Virus record (IMG/VR): IMGVR_UViG_3300019776_000649
Source: an uncultured virus (IMG/VR IMGVR_UViG_3300019776_000649)
Taxonomy: Duplodnaviria > Heunggongvirae > Uroviricota > Caudoviricetes
DNA: 64,000 nt
Direction: 5' to 3' (one strand)
Made by a program: the position numbers and the translations under genes. The notes under the pieces are model-generated. The model saw nothing but the letters and a program-made list of their open reading frames with translations, was not told the origin of the DNA and ran no database searches. Positions 19,534 through 30,600 of the stretch are shown here, piece by piece (position 1 is the stretch's first letter; every line of letters starts with the position of its first letter).

Positions 19534-20385
19534 CTAAACAAAGCGGCTGTACCAGTTCATAGCAATGCTGCCGTTAATCCCGATTCCGTCAAGTGTGACC
19601 GTGATCCGGTTGTCCATATCGGGCACCAGCAGAATCTCCCCCGTGTCTCGGCGATACTTGTTGACCGCTGCATACTCAGTGTTGTGGATGACCCGGTGTC
19701 GATACTTCCGGTTTGTCGTAGGGTCACTTGTGCAGTTGGGGCCAAAGTAAACGGTGTAGGTGCCGTTCGTGCGCGGGTAGAACCGGAAGAGCTGTTGCCG
19801 GTATTGGTAGGCGTCGATGTAATCGCTTCCGTTGGAAATCTCGATGAAAGACACACCTGCACTCTCAATCGCGTCTACTGTGAAGGTGATGTAGGGAGTA
19901 GCAAAAGCATTGCCGCCTACATCCTCTGCGTCAATGGTGGTAGTCTCTTCGTCATCCTCTGTGTTGGTCAGGCTCTGCGTCTTGAGCCCGTAGCTGTAGT
20001 AGAACGGATCGGCACAGATGATCTGAGCTTCCCACTCCCAGATGCGCTGGTTGCGAACCTTAAATGGGATAGGCCCGTCGATGGCTCCCCATATCCAGCG
20101 GTCGCCGTGCATGATGAACTTGTCAACAGGGCCGTGTTGGTGGTAGCGCATGAAGGTGTCTCGGGCAGTGCGAAGACCCTCCTGCGTGTCCGCCATGATC
20201 GTCCCGGAAAGCTCAAGCCGTCTTTCTGAGATCAGGGTCAGGCCCTGGCCAGCTCCGTTATAGCCAGCCGCTTCGACCATTCCCGCCTTGAAGATCGGGG
20301 TGTCATTGATGACCTTGACCCTTGTCCCATAGGTGTATCCGCCCTTGGCGAACACCCACTCAAATGTGCTCGATGGCTCTGGCAT
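19534..20385 (-). CDS. Distal tail protein (Dit-like)
   Basis: ICADPFYYS motif; position after the tape measure gene. Confidence 0.75.
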   Translation of the reverse strand: MPEPSSTFEWVFAKGGYTYGTRVKVINDTPIFKAGMVEAAGYNGAGQGLTLISERRLELSGTIMADTQEGLRTARDTFMRYHQHGPVDKFIMHGDRWIWGAIDGPIPFKVRNQRIWEWEAQIICADPFYYSYGLKTQSLTNTEDDEETTTIDAEDVGGNAFATPYITFTVDAIESAGVSFIEISNGSDYIDAYQYRQQLFRFYPRTNGTYTVYFGPNCTSDPTTNRKYRHRVIHNTEYAAVNKYRRDTGEILLVPDMDNRITVTLDGIGINGSIAMNWYSRFV

Positions 20386-20415
20386 AGTGATCTCCTAAAC
20401 GGAGCTTGGTAGCTC

Positions 20416-21045
20416 CTAAAGGGGCGCTTGCTTACTGGCGGCATATGCCCAGGCAATCGCCTTCAGTCTGTCTGGCTTCCAGTCCCGGTAGTCCAGGCAA
20501 GAGGCCAGGTAAACGTAGTTGGCAAAGTGGTATCCAAGAGGCATCATTTGGTTGACAAAATCCCGTGTCCCCATCAGGCAATTGCCACCGGAGTAGGAAT
20601 CGAGAGCAGAGACCATCAATCCACCAAAGTCATACTCCTCTAGGAGCTTGGTCTCGTAGGCAAGAAGCTGAGAGGCGTAGTTGACCTCTTCTTCCCAGAC
20701 TTTTTGCAGGTACACAGGTGAGACAGACTGCCCTCCATAGAGGGAAAGGGCCGATTGGATAACCTTCTCGGTTATGCTGCCAAGAGTGGTTCTTGAGAAA
20801 ATCCACTTCTCGGCTGTCGCTGGATTCTTAACTCCAAATACTCTGCCCCTCTGTGACATCACCATCCCACCACTGGGGGCTCGGTGAAGAATAGATGCAG
20901 AGTCGCTGTGGTCTGCCAGCGTGAACCTAAGAGTCCCGGCCTTTCGTAGAGCAATAACCAGCGGGACGAGGCTCTTTCGTTCGTGGAAAGGTTCTCGAAC
21001 TGGTTCACCGGGAAGAGAGATTCGTGGCCGGAGTGATGGGATCAT
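20416..21045 (-). CDS. Hypothetical protein inserted between tape measure and Dit
   Basis: 209 aa with RBS AAGGAG; preceded by two tandem 53-bp elements. Confidence 0.65.
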   Translation of the reverse strand: MIPSLRPRISLPGEPVREPFHERKSLVPLVIALRKAGTLRFTLADHSDSASILHRAPSGGMVMSQRGRVFGVKNPATAEKWIFSRTTLGSITEKVIQSALSLYGGQSVSPVYLQKVWEEEVNYASQLLAYETKLLEEYDFGGLMVSALDSYSGGNCLMGTRDFVNQMMPLGYHFANYVYLASCLDYRDWKPDRLKAIAWAYAASKQAPL

Positions 21046-21239
21046 GCGGCGGCTCCTTTCTGTTAGCAGATGAAGTCCGCACTCTTTACTCCCTTTACGC
21101 CGACATGATCGTGGGCCATTTGATTTAGTCGCTTAGCGATCAAATGGAGTCATCCGACTAAAAGAAACGGGGCATTTGATTTACTCGCCTGAAGCCCTGA
21201 GGCAACAAAACGATTAAAACAAATGCCCCTCACCATAGC

Positions 21240-24200
21240 TTAGGTGCCCTGGTGGATTGCCCGGTAGGTACGCTCCTGAATCCGCTGTGCCGCGTGGTCT
21301 GCGGTCTGGTTATCGCCAGCATTGATCGTGATGTTGTTTGTCACCGATCTACTGGACGCTGGTTTGACACTGACAGCACCGCCACCAGCATCAAACCCGT
21401 TACCATAGCCCACATCAGGCACTCCGGTATTTCTCGGTGTTCCACCGATCTTGCCACCGGCTTGCATCCCAGCGTAGGAACCAGCTCCCGCTAGGACGGC
21501 ACCACCGATCCCGCCCCCGCTGGAGTAGGCTCCACCCATGTTGGCACCGATACTGGCACCGGCCAAGGTGCCTACTCCGGGGATGAAGGAACCCGCGATT
21601 GCGCCAAGAGCGCCACCCCATGTCGCACCCTTCTTGCCTTTCTTACCCTGTTGACCAGCAAGGTACATGGCGCTGACAGACATCGAGATCATCTGTCCCC
21701 AGGAAACTTGACCGGCTTCCCAAATGCCCTTGAACTGCCCCTTGAGAGCGTCGAACATGCGGGTGAACTCGGGCTTCAGGACGTTGGTCCAAGCAACGTG
21801 AGCAAGAGAATCTGCTCCCTGTCCAAGAATGGAATCCCAGAACTGCTTGATGGCTTCCTTGTTTTTGTCTCCGCTTCCCTTCAGGACGTTACCTATCAAG
21901 CTGGAGCCAACCCCTTCGATAGAGCCCTCGGCTCCTCTATCAAAACTGCGACGTGCCTCGATCCTGCCTCGGTATCTTTCGTCCCACTCCATGCGAGCGT
22001 CACTCAGCGAGTCCTTCAGAGACTTCTGGAGACCTTCGCGTAGGTCTTTGGGAAGTTCCTTCCACTCAGGGATTGACTGGATCAGGTCGTTGATCGCACT
22101 GGCCGCTCCAGCCCGTTGCTCTCTAGGCAAGAATCGAATGCGGTCATAGGCGCTCTTAGCCATGTCGCCAACCAGCCCCTGTGCCGCTTGCCCTGTCTGC
22201 ATGTAGGTCTGAAGGTCTCCCTGCTCCTTGGCCCCTGCCATGATGTGGTTATACTCGCCCAGAGTTGATCGCATAGCACCATTGACCCCAGACAGTGAAC
22301 CCGTATTCATGAACGTGCCGTTGACCATCTCACCAAGGGAAGATCGGTAAGCACCGGAGATGCGGTTGCGATCCTCCTGTGTCCTAGCCCTTGCCATCGC
22401 CGATTCGTAGGCTTTTCTGGCATTCTCGATAGTGCCACCAGTACCAAATCCAACCCGAGAGAGTTCGCGGTCGAATCGGAATGTCTGCCGCTCAATATCG
22501 GCCTTACGCTCTGCTTCCCTAGCCTCAACCCTCCACTGCTGCAAGGAATCAGGATCGTACTTTTGAAGGTACTTGTCCCTAGCCCTCTGCTGTGTACGAA
22601 GGTTGATGTAGCCCGCTTCAGGGTCAGACGACAAGGAAGATCGTAGCTCCAGCATGGACAGGTTTCTTTCGGAGCCCCGCTTGGTCATACCGAACTGGAT
22701 ACCCTTGAGCTTGTTTTGCGCCTCAAGGGTCTCAGCCTGAGACATAGACGGGCCAAGCCCCATAGACTCAAGGAATCTGGAGGTCGCTATCTTTTGGAGG
22801 AGAGGGAATGCTTCGCGCTGAGCTTTCTGAGAGTCAGAGACATCGGCGTATCCACCAGACTGGTAGACTTTCTCCCTCTCGTCAAGCAAGCCAAGAATCT
22901 TGTCCCGCTCAACCTTCTTCCCGGTGAGTCCAAGGACACGACGCTTACTGCTGAACTCGTCATCCAGGGCAACCATCGCCTTCTTTCTCTCAGCCGGGTC
23001 TTTGATCTGAAGGACCTTGTTCTTCTCGATCTGGTAGTCCTTTTCGAGAGTCTTCTTCTCCAGGTCAAGGACCTGAGCCCTAATCTTATGCTGGTTCTCC
23101 ACGCCAACGGTCATACCGAGCTGGGCTTCAAGCTCCTTCTGCTTCGACTCAATGCTCTTTTTCTCAAGCTGGAGCGATTCATTGATTGCCTGAAGATGCT
23201 TGTTCCTGGTCTGGAGGACCGTCTCGTCAATCTGGTCAATCGCCGCTTGCATCGTCTCTCGACGTTTCTTCTGCTGGTTCCCCGGCATACCCGCAAGCTG
23301 TGCCGCGTTAAGCTGAACCCCATCGGCGTTCAGCCCGGTGATCTTGGCAACCTGGACGAGCTGATCGTCGCGGCGTTTCATGGCGTTGATCTGGGCCTGA
23401 GCCGTATCCACCATTTTCTGCCGGTCAACCTTCTCCCCCAGCTTGTACCGTGCCATCAGGTGTTCAAGCTGCTTTTCAGCTTCCTGAGCCTGAGCATTGG
23501 CAGCATCAGCTTTCGCACGGTATGGATCAGCGGCCAGCTTCTTTTTGTCTGACGCACTCTCCTTGGGATCGCGCAGGAAGTCCAAGCCACCCTTAGCAGG
23601 AGAGTTGGGAATGCCTCCCAGTGCCGCGTCTCCAAGACGAACTGACCACATGCCTGTTTGGTTGCCTTGCATGACAGACCGAACGGGGACTGTACGAACT
23701 CCGCCTGATCCCTCATGCCGCATCATGCCGCCACCGACATAGACGCCCGTGTGGTATCCAACGCTCTGTCCGTTTGGCCCATCCTTGAATCGTGCTGAAC
23801 CAAATCCTGGCCCCTGGAAGAATAGAACATCACCGGCTTTCGCCTTATTCAGAAGCTCGCCGTGAGTACCCAGTCCGATTCTCTCGCCACCCTTCTGCTT
23901 GACAAGGTACTCGTCAAGTGCTTTCGCGCCGTCGATGGATTTGCCAATGACGCCAGCAGACTTTGCCACTTCAGAGACGAAGATAGCGCATCCAGCCTTC
24001 AGGTCTTTCCCACCGAGGTCTATAGCGTTTGCCGCATCGTACATGCGCTTAGCGACAGCATCCATCGGCCCTTCTTCACCAGTACCGCTTGCTTTGCCAC
24101 CGAGTCTCCCGTTTGCGTAGTCAACTCGTCCCTGCGTTTCTTTTACGAGCCAGCCTGCTATCTGAGCGTTGCTCGCCCCAGACTTTCTCAGTTTCTCAAG

Positions 24201-27200
24201 CTCTCCGGTCTTATGAATCTTTTGGCTGAGCTGATCGAAGTCCTTATTTAGGCCGTCTTGGTATAGGTGCTGAGAGCCGAATCCTCCAGCGGCAGGCGGC
24301 TTGTTTGCGCTTTCTTGAACTCGCTTTGCCCAGGTCGCATCTGCTTCCGTGCCACGAATGATCTCGTTGGCTCGCCGTCTGGGATCACCCAGAATCTCAA
24401 TCTGCTGCTTGTTGTACTCTACCTCTGCGTCGGTGACTGCCTGAATAGACTGTGCCGCGTAAGCTGCCGCCGCCGCGAGCGCACTAAGCACCCCGAGGCT
24501 TAATGCCATTTTGCCTGCCATCGCTCCCGTTGAAACTCCAGCAGCAGTAGCAGTACTCGCCACCGTCTCATTGGCAACGGCCACTCCAGTAAGAGCGGTT
24601 CTCATCGGAATGAGTACGCCGTTGATGAACCCGAGTTTCTGCCAAGCAACCAGGGCACCACCAACGTTCGCTGCACCCATAACGACCGGGCCAAAAACAG
24701 CCGCCAGCCCACGAAGCATGAAGACGAAAGCCGTTAGTTGGACCACCCCATCCCGGATGGGTTGAGGCAGTTTCTCGAACATGTTGATGCCCCACGCGAG
24801 CACGTCAACAAACTGCTTGAAGATTTCCAGCGCCTTGTTAATCTCGCCCCCAAAGGACTCAACGAACATGGCACCAACTTCCTTGAGCCGGTTCTGGAAC
24901 TGATCGAGCTTGCCCTGAGTGGAGTTCAGTAAGGGATCGGTTTCTTTGCGGAGGTATCCCATCGCATCCCCGACATCCGTCAGACCCTTAACCGTGTCGT
25001 GGAAAGGCTGAATGGCGTTGCCAAGACGGGTAAGTGTGTCGGTCATGCGAGCGCCCCCAATGCCCATGCGGTCTAGCAGAGCAGGAACATCCTCCCCTGC
25101 CTTCTGAAGCTCTTGGAGTCTATCGGTGAATCGAAGAACCGCTTCACCAGCGTCCTTATTGAAGAGATCGACAAACTCTTTCGCGCCTGCATTTATCTGC
25201 GTGTCAGACTTGCCGCCATACATGGCCCTCGAAACAAGGCCAAGCTGCTTGTTGTACTTGCCAGTTCTGGCGTCATAGGACTTGACCCCGGAGTTGAGCA
25301 TCTGCATGTACTGGCTGATCGCCGTACCACCCATCTCCGGCTTGACACCAACGTTGGCAAGTGAAGCAGAAAAGGCGATGATCTGATCTTCGCTCATTCC
25401 GATAGTGCCACCCGTACCAGCGATGCGCCGGGTTAATCGGAAGATGTCCTGCTCGGTACCACCAGTGCGCGATGCCGCCATCCTGATCTTTGCCAGGTAC
25501 TGGGGGATAGCACCGATGCGATCATCGAAGACGTTATCTACTCCAGAGAGGCTAGGATTTCTCTTCTGTGCATCACGCAGGATCACGTTCTGCATGGAGT
25601 TGATCGTCTTGACCGTCTCCTCGGCCAGCTCGTTTGGCTTCATGTCGTTGACAAGGCGGTTGAACCTCGCCATAGCCTCGATGGGCTTCATCATGTCGCC
25701 AGCACGAACGTCCGCTTTTGCCAGCTCTTCCTTGAACACGTTCAGCGAGACGGCACCATCCTTAATAGGAAGAGTCTCCACTGCCGCTGTTCGGATTTGC
25801 TTGTTGAGCTTCGCGGTGTTGGCAACCTCCTGGTCGTATTGACCTTTGGTCATACGGCCACTTGCCACCATCGCCGAGGCATTGTTCTTCAGAACCGTAT
25901 CGCCACGGAGCCTAGCCTCTTCGATTTGAGCGAAGTCAGCGATACCGCGCTGGATCAGGTCAGCGGGAGAGAGTCCGATGCCCAAGGACTGCCACGAAGC
26001 ACCTGCATTGGTCATGGCCATGCCGATATTCCGCATGGCTCCAACCTTGGCGTCACGTCCCATGAAGTGTTCGGCCAGCGTAAGGAACGGGGAGTGATTC
26101 GGGTTGATGGTGCCACCTGGCCCCTGAAAGTGCTTGGCCACCATGTCCCGATCAAGCCGAGTGATCTGGTTCCAGGTGCGCTCCCATTCCGTACTGTACT
26201 GCTTGACCGTGTTCAGACGACCAATGAGTAGCTGTCTGTACTCGTCATCTCCGATCTGCCCTGTCCGGTGCAAATGGGACAGCTTCCTTCCGCCGACTCC
26301 AGATAGCTGGTTGAACTCGCTGTCGTCCATACGGCGCATCTTCTCAAGCAGTTGCTGTTGCTCCGTTGCCGAAAACTTCAGGGTAGAGTTGTTTGCCCAG
26401 GTCTGGTAGTGAGACCGTAGCTCCTCCTTTGTCCGAAGGTAGTCTTCACCGCCAGGATCGGCCCCACGGTGCTGTGCAAGCTGTCGGCGCAGTCCGTTCT
26501 CACGAGAAACAAAGAAAGCCCTTGTCTGATCGGTGTTGTAGTCAGACTCACTGGACTTCGCTGAAGCCTTCATCTGGGACTCAAGCCGCTCAGCGCGTGA
26601 AACGTATCTGAATCGCTCTCTTGCGCTGAGATTCGGGTCCTGTGCAGCGGTCCTTAGTGCTTGAGCATAGCTCACTGGGTCCTGCTTGCCGCCAGACATG
26701 TAGGCTGTCTCAGCCGTCAGTGCGCTACGCTGAACCTTTAGAGAGGTTGCTTCCGTGTCCTGGCGTTTGTTCTCAAGATCCGTGCGGATTGCTTCTCGCT
26801 GTGCTTTGGAGTCGGCCTTTTCCTGTGTGGTCTGTTTCCAGCTTTGCCACTGATTCTGGACTCTGTTGAGTCGGGCTTGGAGTTGACGCTGTTCCGCTTC
26901 GTTTTCGGCTTCGCCAATCAGGCCACGCATCCGACCAACACGGTTTCCGTAGGCACCAGGGCTCATCCCTCTGGTAATCTGCGATTCTAACTCCGAAAAC
27001 TGGGCTTTTCGGATGTTGCCAGCACTCTTGGCCGCTTCCTGCATCGAGCGGTTGATCTCTTTTGCCGCCTCTATTGCGTAACGCATCTGCTGTGCTGGTG
27101 ACAGGCTTGGGTCGGTAGACCTGCCCCCAAGATGGGTCAAGAGCATGTCGAGGTCTTGACGCCCACCCTTCAGATAGTTAGCACGAACGGCGTTATCTAC

Positions 27201-27647
27201 AGCCGAACGCGCATCTGTCACCTTGGCACCCGTGGAAGCCTTCAGTGCAGTCTCAGCGATCTGGTTGAGGCGAATTGCCCCACCCAGGTTCTCATAGTGC
27301 CGACGTGTTCCGTCAATCTGCTTTCTAGCGTACTCAGCAAACTGGTCAGGTGTCAGACGACCGACCTTGAGATCGAGCAATTTTGCCGCATCATCGAGCC
27401 GGTGCCGTTTTCCCGCTATCACGGGATCAGAGGAGCCAAACTGTCCATTCGCATATCGAGAGGGCTTATCATCTCCAACCACGTTCTTAGAACTGAGAGT
27501 TGTGTTAACGCTCTCCGCTGCTTTCTGAACTGCCTCAAGAGCCGAAGCGGTTTTCTTGGCTTGCTCTTCTGCCGCTTTGAGTTGGTCAATATGCTTGACG
27601 CCAACATCAATACTGGCGTCAATCTTGACATCTCTTCCGTTAGGCAT
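21240..27647 (-). CDS. Tape measure protein with NlpC/P60-like peptidoglycan hydrolase domain
   Basis: 2135 aa helical protein with TP901-like core (E.GGTA.S); GCAIFVS...GD.LFF...HTGVYVG. Confidence 0.9.
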   Translation of the reverse strand: MPNGRDVKIDASIDVGVKHIDQLKAAEEQAKKTASALEAVQKAAESVNTTLSSKNVVGDDKPSRYANGQFGSSDPVIAGKRHRLDDAAKLLDLKVGRLTPDQFAEYARKQIDGTRRHYENLGGAIRLNQIAETALKASTGAKVTDARSAVDNAVRANYLKGGRQDLDMLLTHLGGRSTDPSLSPAQQMRYAIEAAKEINRSMQEAAKSAGNIRKAQFSELESQITRGMSPGAYGNRVGRMRGLIGEAENEAEQRQLQARLNRVQNQWQSWKQTTQEKADSKAQREAIRTDLENKRQDTEATSLKVQRSALTAETAYMSGGKQDPVSYAQALRTAAQDPNLSARERFRYVSRAERLESQMKASAKSSESDYNTDQTRAFFVSRENGLRRQLAQHRGADPGGEDYLRTKEELRSHYQTWANNSTLKFSATEQQQLLEKMRRMDDSEFNQLSGVGGRKLSHLHRTGQIGDDEYRQLLIGRLNTVKQYSTEWERTWNQITRLDRDMVAKHFQGPGGTINPNHSPFLTLAEHFMGRDAKVGAMRNIGMAMTNAGASWQSLGIGLSPADLIQRGIADFAQIEEARLRGDTVLKNNASAMVASGRMTKGQYDQEVANTAKLNKQIRTAAVETLPIKDGAVSLNVFKEELAKADVRAGDMMKPIEAMARFNRLVNDMKPNELAEETVKTINSMQNVILRDAQKRNPSLSGVDNVFDDRIGAIPQYLAKIRMAASRTGGTEQDIFRLTRRIAGTGGTIGMSEDQIIAFSASLANVGVKPEMGGTAISQYMQMLNSGVKSYDARTGKYNKQLGLVSRAMYGGKSDTQINAGAKEFVDLFNKDAGEAVLRFTDRLQELQKAGEDVPALLDRMGIGGARMTDTLTRLGNAIQPFHDTVKGLTDVGDAMGYLRKETDPLLNSTQGKLDQFQNRLKEVGAMFVESFGGEINKALEIFKQFVDVLAWGINMFEKLPQPIRDGVVQLTAFVFMLRGLAAVFGPVVMGAANVGGALVAWQKLGFINGVLIPMRTALTGVAVANETVASTATAAGVSTGAMAGKMALSLGVLSALAAAAAYAAQSIQAVTDAEVEYNKQQIEILGDPRRRANEIIRGTEADATWAKRVQESANKPPAAGGFGSQHLYQDGLNKDFDQLSQKIHKTGELEKLRKSGASNAQIAGWLVKETQGRVDYANGRLGGKASGTGEEGPMDAVAKRMYDAANAIDLGGKDLKAGCAIFVSEVAKSAGVIGKSIDGAKALDEYLVKQKGGERIGLGTHGELLNKAKAGDVLFFQGPGFGSARFKDGPNGQSVGYHTGVYVGGGMMRHEGSGGVRTVPVRSVMQGNQTGMWSVRLGDAALGGIPNSPAKGGLDFLRDPKESASDKKKLAADPYRAKADAANAQAQEAEKQLEHLMARYKLGEKVDRQKMVDTAQAQINAMKRRDDQLVQVAKITGLNADGVQLNAAQLAGMPGNQQKKRRETMQAAIDQIDETVLQTRNKHLQAINESLQLEKKSIESKQKELEAQLGMTVGVENQHKIRAQVLDLEKKTLEKDYQIEKNKVLQIKDPAERKKAMVALDDEFSSKRRVLGLTGKKVERDKILGLLDEREKVYQSGGYADVSDSQKAQREAFPLLQKIATSRFLESMGLGPSMSQAETLEAQNKLKGIQFGMTKRGSERNLSMLELRSSLSSDPEAGYINLRTQQRARDKYLQKYDPDSLQQWRVEAREAERKADIERQTFRFDRELSRVGFGTGGTIENARKAYESAMARARTQEDRNRISGAYRSSLGEMVNGTFMNTGSLSGVNGAMRSTLGEYNHIMAGAKEQGDLQTYMQTGQAAQGLVGDMAKSAYDRIRFLPREQRAGAASAINDLIQSIPEWKELPKDLREGLQKSLKDSLSDARMEWDERYRGRIEARRSFDRGAEGSIEGVGSSLIGNVLKGSGDKNKEAIKQFWDSILGQGADSLAHVAWTNVLKPEFTRMFDALKGQFKGIWEAGQVSWGQMISMSVSAMYLAGQQGKKGKKGATWGGALGAIAGSFIPGVGTLAGASIGANMGGAYSSGGGIGGAVLAGAGSYAGMQAGGKIGGTPRNTGVPDVGYGNGFDAGGGAVSVKPASSRSVTNNITINAGDNQTADHAAQRIQERTYRAIHQGT

Positions 27648-27667
27648 GGTGATCTCCTCTCCTCAGG

Positions 27668-28608
27668 TTAGAACAAAGCCCTGAGCTGTTGAACCAGCGC
27701 ACCGATTGGATGGTTCTTCCAGACATGTGGGATGCGACGGGCAAGGGCAAGGTACTGATCCTCATCCATCTCGCCTATGCTGTCGAGCGTGTAGCCCGGA
27801 TACGTTGCCAGGAACACCGCTTCGGGAAGTGCGAAGTCCTTCGGTCCAGCCTCCGCACTCTTCCGTTCGCCCCCAATTACGCTAAAAAACGGTCACGTAG
27901 GCCGCTGTTGATGTACAGAATCTTGCCGATGATCCGGGTCAGCAGTGAGTAGTCGCAGGTCTCTTCGATCCACTCCAGAGTGATGTCAGGGTTGAACCTT
28001 GCCAAGGCAAGATGGACGACCTCAACCATCGCTTGGAGGTTGTCGTAGGAGAGGTCTTTGAGGGTGCCATTGACCGTTGTGACAATCCCCTCGGGAGTGA
28101 ACTCAGGCCGCTCAACCTGCTCGCCTGTCATGGGGTTGACAATGACTTTTGGGTAGACCTTTTCAAGCATGTTCGCGACCACTTTTGGGTCAAGGTCTCC
28201 CTCACCTCTTTGATAAGACCAAGCAAGGGAAACCCGAAAAGTCTCCTCATGAATCTGACCTAACAGCTCACTAGCATCGAGCTGTACCTTGAGCTTGAAC
28301 GGGGCAATCTTCTTCTTGTGGACGTGTAGGCGGTAGACAGCCTCCCCGTCCTCATCTACTTTTCCGGTGTCGATCCACTCAGGAATGAACACCCGGTGTG
28401 GGCCTTCTTCGCCGAGTCCACGAAGAACAGAGAAGGACACAGGCAGCACATTTGGGAGGTCGTTCTGCTCTTGCATCTCGGAGTCTTCCGCTTGTTCACG
28501 GGCAATCTCTCGACGCTTCATGTCTTTTTCGAGATCAACGGCTTCGTCGTCTTCTTCAAGGCGACGGAGAATGTCATCTCCAATAAGTTCATCGGGGGAA
28601 GTGGTCAT
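27668..28608 (-). CDS. Tail assembly chaperone G (28608-27877) and -1 frameshift product GT (to 27668)
   Basis: Slippery T TTT TTA at 27883-27889; the -1 frame is open for ~71 codons (..FLATYPGYTLDSIGEMDEDQYLAL..) and ends just before the TMP RBS. Confidence 0.85.
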
Positions 28609-28698
28609 GGTGTCTCCTGGCTGGAGCTTGGTAGCTCCGCGCTGATCGGGCCATTCATTTGATTTAGTCGCGCCAATGACAAAGGCAAATAGCAAACT

Positions 28699-28738
28699 AA
28701 AAGAAAAGGCGGGAGAGGAGATAACTCCCCTCCCGCCC
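28699..28738 (-). terminator. Intrinsic terminator after the major tail gene
   Basis: GGCGGGAG/CTCCCGCC stem; U tract overlaps an arm of the 53-bp element. Confidence 0.7.
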
Positions 28739-28760
28739 ATTGGCTGCCGTTCTGAAATGC

Positions 28761-30227
28761 CTACTGAACAGCGTTCTCAGGCATGGTGATCTCGTCGTTG
28801 CCATCGTCGATGATGGTCGTTTTCTGCTCGTTGGAGATGATTGAGATGTACACGTCAGTTGCCTCGGTGCCATCGTAGATGGGCTCGACACGGACGTTTT
28901 GCATCAGAGGCTCACCCCGACCGCCGACAGGAACTCCAACCGCGCCGTAAGCACAGCGCGGGAAGACGATCTCCAGCTCCGAGTCGAATCCCAAACCACT
29001 GGGGTAAGGGAACAGAACAGCAACGCTGACCTCTTTGACCACACCCTGGAAACCATAGGCAGTCGAAGAAGAGATCGTGCTGGCGTTACCCATGAATCGC
29101 TTCAGATCGGCTTCGGCCCCGGACTTGAAGTACGCCTCGAAAGACAGATCAAGACCAGAGATACCGTCCACAAATCCCTGAGGACCGAGCTTACCGTTCA
29201 GGCAGTATTCGTCGGCGGTGTTGCGATCCAAGTTGAAGCTGGCGCTCTTGATGTGAGACGCGGCGACAAGCGATCCACCGACATTGGCAATCTTCACCTT
29301 CGCCTTCGCTGGAGAGAAGGGAGGAAGAGTGTCGTATAGAGCAATGTCAAGACCAGTGGCCTCCAGCGCATCCGTTACTTCACCATCCGTTGAGCCGGTG
29401 TCAGAGAAGACACCCATGTTCCCGACCTTGGCGCTCACACTGGCAGTGATAACTTCACGCTGGCCACGGTCAACTCGGATCGAGATTCCATGAATAGCAA
29501 CGAACGGGAAGACCTGGACACTGGAGCCCTTCTTCTGAACTGCCGTCAGCCACTTCCGATCCCACCCGTGCTTCCAGGTCTTCTTGGTGATCGTGCTGGA
29601 AGTGTAGGCGAAGTCCTCACTGGTCGCTCCCTCATCGGTGAATGTCACGGTCGGCGAGTTGACGGTGCCGACACGTTTTGCCGTTGCGACAGATGAGCCT
29701 GCCCCCTCCGACCGGAGGATATGGTACTTCGTTGCTCCAGGAACAGATGTCCAATCAACATCAACACTATCGGTGTTGTTCAGAGTGGCGGCAGAATCCG
29801 TGATAGTGCCTGCCGCAGAAGGCACGCTCGGATAGCCGCCAGCATTGACCGCCACGATGTAATACTTACGGGTAGTTGTCCCACTCGTACCGTTGCCATC
29901 CGCCGTAGGTGCGCTGACAGTGTTAGGGCTCAAAGTCGTCTCGGTGGGTTCACCTAGAAGAGCCGTGAGCATCAAAGGGAATGCCTTGCGAGGCGTGACC
30001 TCAAGACTGAACGAGCCCTCTCCATTGAAATCCCCCACAACCGACTTGCGTCGCGGAGAAGGACTGTCAAGAAGTGCCTCACTAAACAAAAGGGCCTGAT
30101 TGCCCTCGAAAGCGCCGTTGCGGTACTCCGCAAGAATGTTGGCCATGACAGCGGTCTCAGCGTCTGGCTGAAGGCCAAACCCGAGCATTGTCTTAGCACC
30201 AATAGGCGCAACCTTTCGCTCTGCCAT
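28761..30227 (-). CDS. Major tail tube protein with an inserted Ig/FN3-like domain
   Basis: Position before the chaperone; tube-like termini; YYIVAVN...VDWTSVPGATKYHILR..FTDEG insertion. Confidence 0.75.
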   Translation of the reverse strand: MAERKVAPIGAKTMLGFGLQPDAETAVMANILAEYRNGAFEGNQALLFSEALLDSPSPRRKSVVGDFNGEGSFSLEVTPRKAFPLMLTALLGEPTETTLSPNTVSAPTADGNGTSGTTTRKYYIVAVNAGGYPSVPSAAGTITDSAATLNNTDSVDVDWTSVPGATKYHILRSEGAGSSVATAKRVGTVNSPTVTFTDEGATSEDFAYTSSTITKKTWKHGWDRKWLTAVQKKGSSVQVFPFVAIHGISIRVDRGQREVITASVSAKVGNMGVFSDTGSTDGEVTDALEATGLDIALYDTLPPFSPAKAKVKIANVGGSLVAASHIKSASFNLDRNTADEYCLNGKLGPQGFVDGISGLDLSFEAYFKSGAEADLKRFMGNASTISSSTAYGFQGVVKEVSVAVLFPYPSGLGFDSELEIVFPRCAYGAVGVPVGGRGEPLMQNVRVEPIYDGTEATDVYISIISNEQKTTIIDDGNDEITMPENAVQ

Positions 30228-30250
30228 AATGTGATCTCCTTATTGGTTCG

Positions 30251-30568
30251 TTATGCCGGGTTGCCTTCTGCATCACAGAGAATGCAGACGCGACGTGCCA
30301 CCAGCTTCTTGGCGAAATTCTCTTCAAATCGCTCAAGGTCATAGGCTACTCCAGCACGGAAAGTGAAGGCATTCTTGGCCAGCACTCCGTCAGTCACCCC
30401 GTCCACAAGACGAAGGTGAGTAGGCAAAGTCTTCGCTGTATCCTTAGTGCGTAGCTCCGAAGCTCCGCCAATGACTGTCGCCTTGGTCGGCTTGGGCTTT
30501 ACTTCCTGCGCCTTGGGCTCCTCGACGGGAGGAAGAACGGGAGGAGTTTGTGGGTTTTCTTGTGCCAT
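30251..30568 (-). CDS. Small virion-module hypothetical protein
   Basis: ORF in the operon with RBS GAGG. Confidence 0.65.
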   Translation of the reverse strand: MAQENPQTPPVLPPVEEPKAQEVKPKPTKATVIGGASELRTKDTAKTLPTHLRLVDGVTDGVLAKNAFTFRAGVAYDLERFEENFAKKLVARRVCILCDAEGNPA

Positions 30569-30600
30569 TTTGTTACCTCTTAGTCAGTGGGTCGATAGGG

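Noticed and set aside
28609..28740. N-terminal extension of the chaperone ORF as given in the track
   Set aside because: It runs through a terminator and both repeat types; the AGGAG RBS supports a start at 28608.
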